Assembly: GCF_009914755.1 (NCBI RefSeq)
Contig: NC_060932.1
DNA: 64,000 nt
Reading direction: 5' to 3' (one strand)
Origin: the human T2T-CHM13v2.0 reference genome, Homo sapiens
Shown here: piece after piece, positions 62,311 to 64,000 of the stretch
Position numbering within the stretch: position 1 is the stretch's first letter
Layout of the letters: the number at the start of each line of letters is the position of its first letter
Program-made: the position numbers and the translations under genes
Notes under the pieces: generated by a model
Told to the model about the DNA's origin: nothing
Seen by the model: only the letters and a program-made list of their open reading frames with translations
Databases searched by the model: none

Positions 62311-64000
62311 ATCATGCCACTTACCTCATTTGTGTAACACTGATTAATGTATAAACTGCTGAAACATTTCAGGTCACATTTCTCCTATAGACACAATTAT
62401 ATCTTGATTGTACGTTTTCTGGAGCTCCAGTCTAGTCTCATCATTCCATCTACTGGGCTATGGAGGATCATCTTTGAGATCAGGCGGCATCTCAGCAAGT
62501 GGCTTGGTTGACTTTGACTTTGGCAGCCTTGACTAACTCAGTGGAAAAGGGGTTTTCTACATTTACCTCCATTCATGTTATTGTCTACAATGTTTTGCTC
62601 CTCACTTGCAATAGAAGAAAGAAAGTTAGTCAAGAGCACAGCTGGTGGCAATTTTGCTCTGAATTCAGAGGTTGTGGAGCAAACAGGAAATTTCATGCTG
62701 CAGCCGTGGTGGAGGCCAACTGAGCTTTAGTGACTTACATGGTGTGTCCACAACCTGCTTCCCGTGAAATTGCCTATAAGCATGGACAACCTGGGAAGCT
62801 GCGGCTGAGCTGCTTCTCTAGAAGCCTCTCTGGATTTCATAACTAGGCTCCTTCTAGCATTTAGTAAAACTGTACTCTCCTATGCCTTAGATTGACTGAA
62901 CTTGGCCTGTGCCCTATTTTAAAAGTCAGCTGGGCTTCTAAAGCATGAGAGTAGGCAGTCCATGGAGAGTCGTCTTCTCCCATCGTAAAGATTCAGGAGA
63001 TCTCTCAACTCCTGGCAAGGAGTATGCTGTGTTCCTGGCTGAACGAACTCACTTACCTCAGTCTAGAACTTAACCTGAGGCACGCACACCTTTGGTAATG
63101 TTTGTGATTCTAATGATGTCTAAACTGATCCTCCTGGCCTGGTGTCAGCCACTTGTGAGAATCTCACACTCCATTTAGACTCAGGAGACCTACTTCTCAT
63201 CCAGAATATTTTCCTAAAAAAAATAAACTTCATCCTGTGTCAAATGAAAGGGTCAAACTCAACAATCACTAAGGTCCTATCAGCTCTAGAATGTTCTAAT
63301 TTATCTTATTCTAGCTTTGCTGGAAGTTGAGACCAGCTGTTTACTCTCATTAAGAGAGAGTCTCACTCTCCCATTATCATTCTAGAATGTCTTAAGCTCC
63401 CATATCCTCATCTTAGCTTTTGCTCTTTGCTCCACTAAAGCAAATCTCCATTTATTTGGCCTTTTCTCAGAGGGACAATTTTCCCAAACATATCATCATC
63501 CATGTAGACATGGAACCTTTTGGGACCCTCTCTAAGGTCTTTACATCATCCTGCAATTGTACCTTCCAAGCAGAACACCAATACAAGCTTAACTGGAGTG
63601 GGATGATGTGGTTGGGTATGGATACAGTCAGATTCTGCCTTTCCAAGCCTTGCTTCTGTGAGAGCTAAACAATTTCAGGGAGCTTGCAGCCCACTGTCAT
63701 CTGCAGTTGGGTTCATTTAGAGTAGAGGCCACGTTAGCTGTATTATAAACATGGTGGCCAACAATGAATGGCCTGGACTCATTCTCCTCTTGGCTTGTGC
63801 AGAGAGAGGCCAGTCAGGTGGCTTAGAGACGTTGTTGGCAGGAACCATCACTGCCTCTATTTGGGAATGAAGGACCATAAATGGTGGCTGCCTTCCAAAC
63901 TGCCAATAAATAAGTAAATATAGAGAGTGTTGACATTGGTCTCCCTGCCAAACACCAGTCTGCTTCTATTCTCATTTTGGGGGAAACGAAAGAGAGAAGG

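Overview
This is a 64-kb window of primate, very probably human, non-coding genomic DNA (intronic or intergenic). I cannot support any host protein-coding gene, rRNA, tRNA, snRNA or CRISPR array. Most ORFs in the track are Alu translations or chance ORFs; the only real protein matches are decayed LINE-1 ORF1/ORF2 pieces. The window holds about 28 Alu/Alu-monomer copies (many with visible TSDs), a 5'-inverted (twin-primed) L1PA2-like insertion, old L1M/L2/MIR fragments, MaLR and ERV1 solo LTRs (MST/MLT1, LTR8, MER4-group, MER50/83-like) and DNA-transposon fossils (MER58A, MER2, MER33, MER5, MER53, Tigger4). Repeat family names come from recalled consensus motifs, not from a RepeatMasker run. 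The most notable structure not explained by repeats is a ~475-bp, ~89%-identical inverted duplication of mostly unique DNA (51898-52372 vs 54907-55676) bracketing 2.5 kb. Its junctions fit an ancient staggered-break inversion that split a CpG-rich block. Several repeat-free, motif-rich blocks are candidate enhancers or lncRNA exons. I found no evidence of a novel multi-gene biological system.
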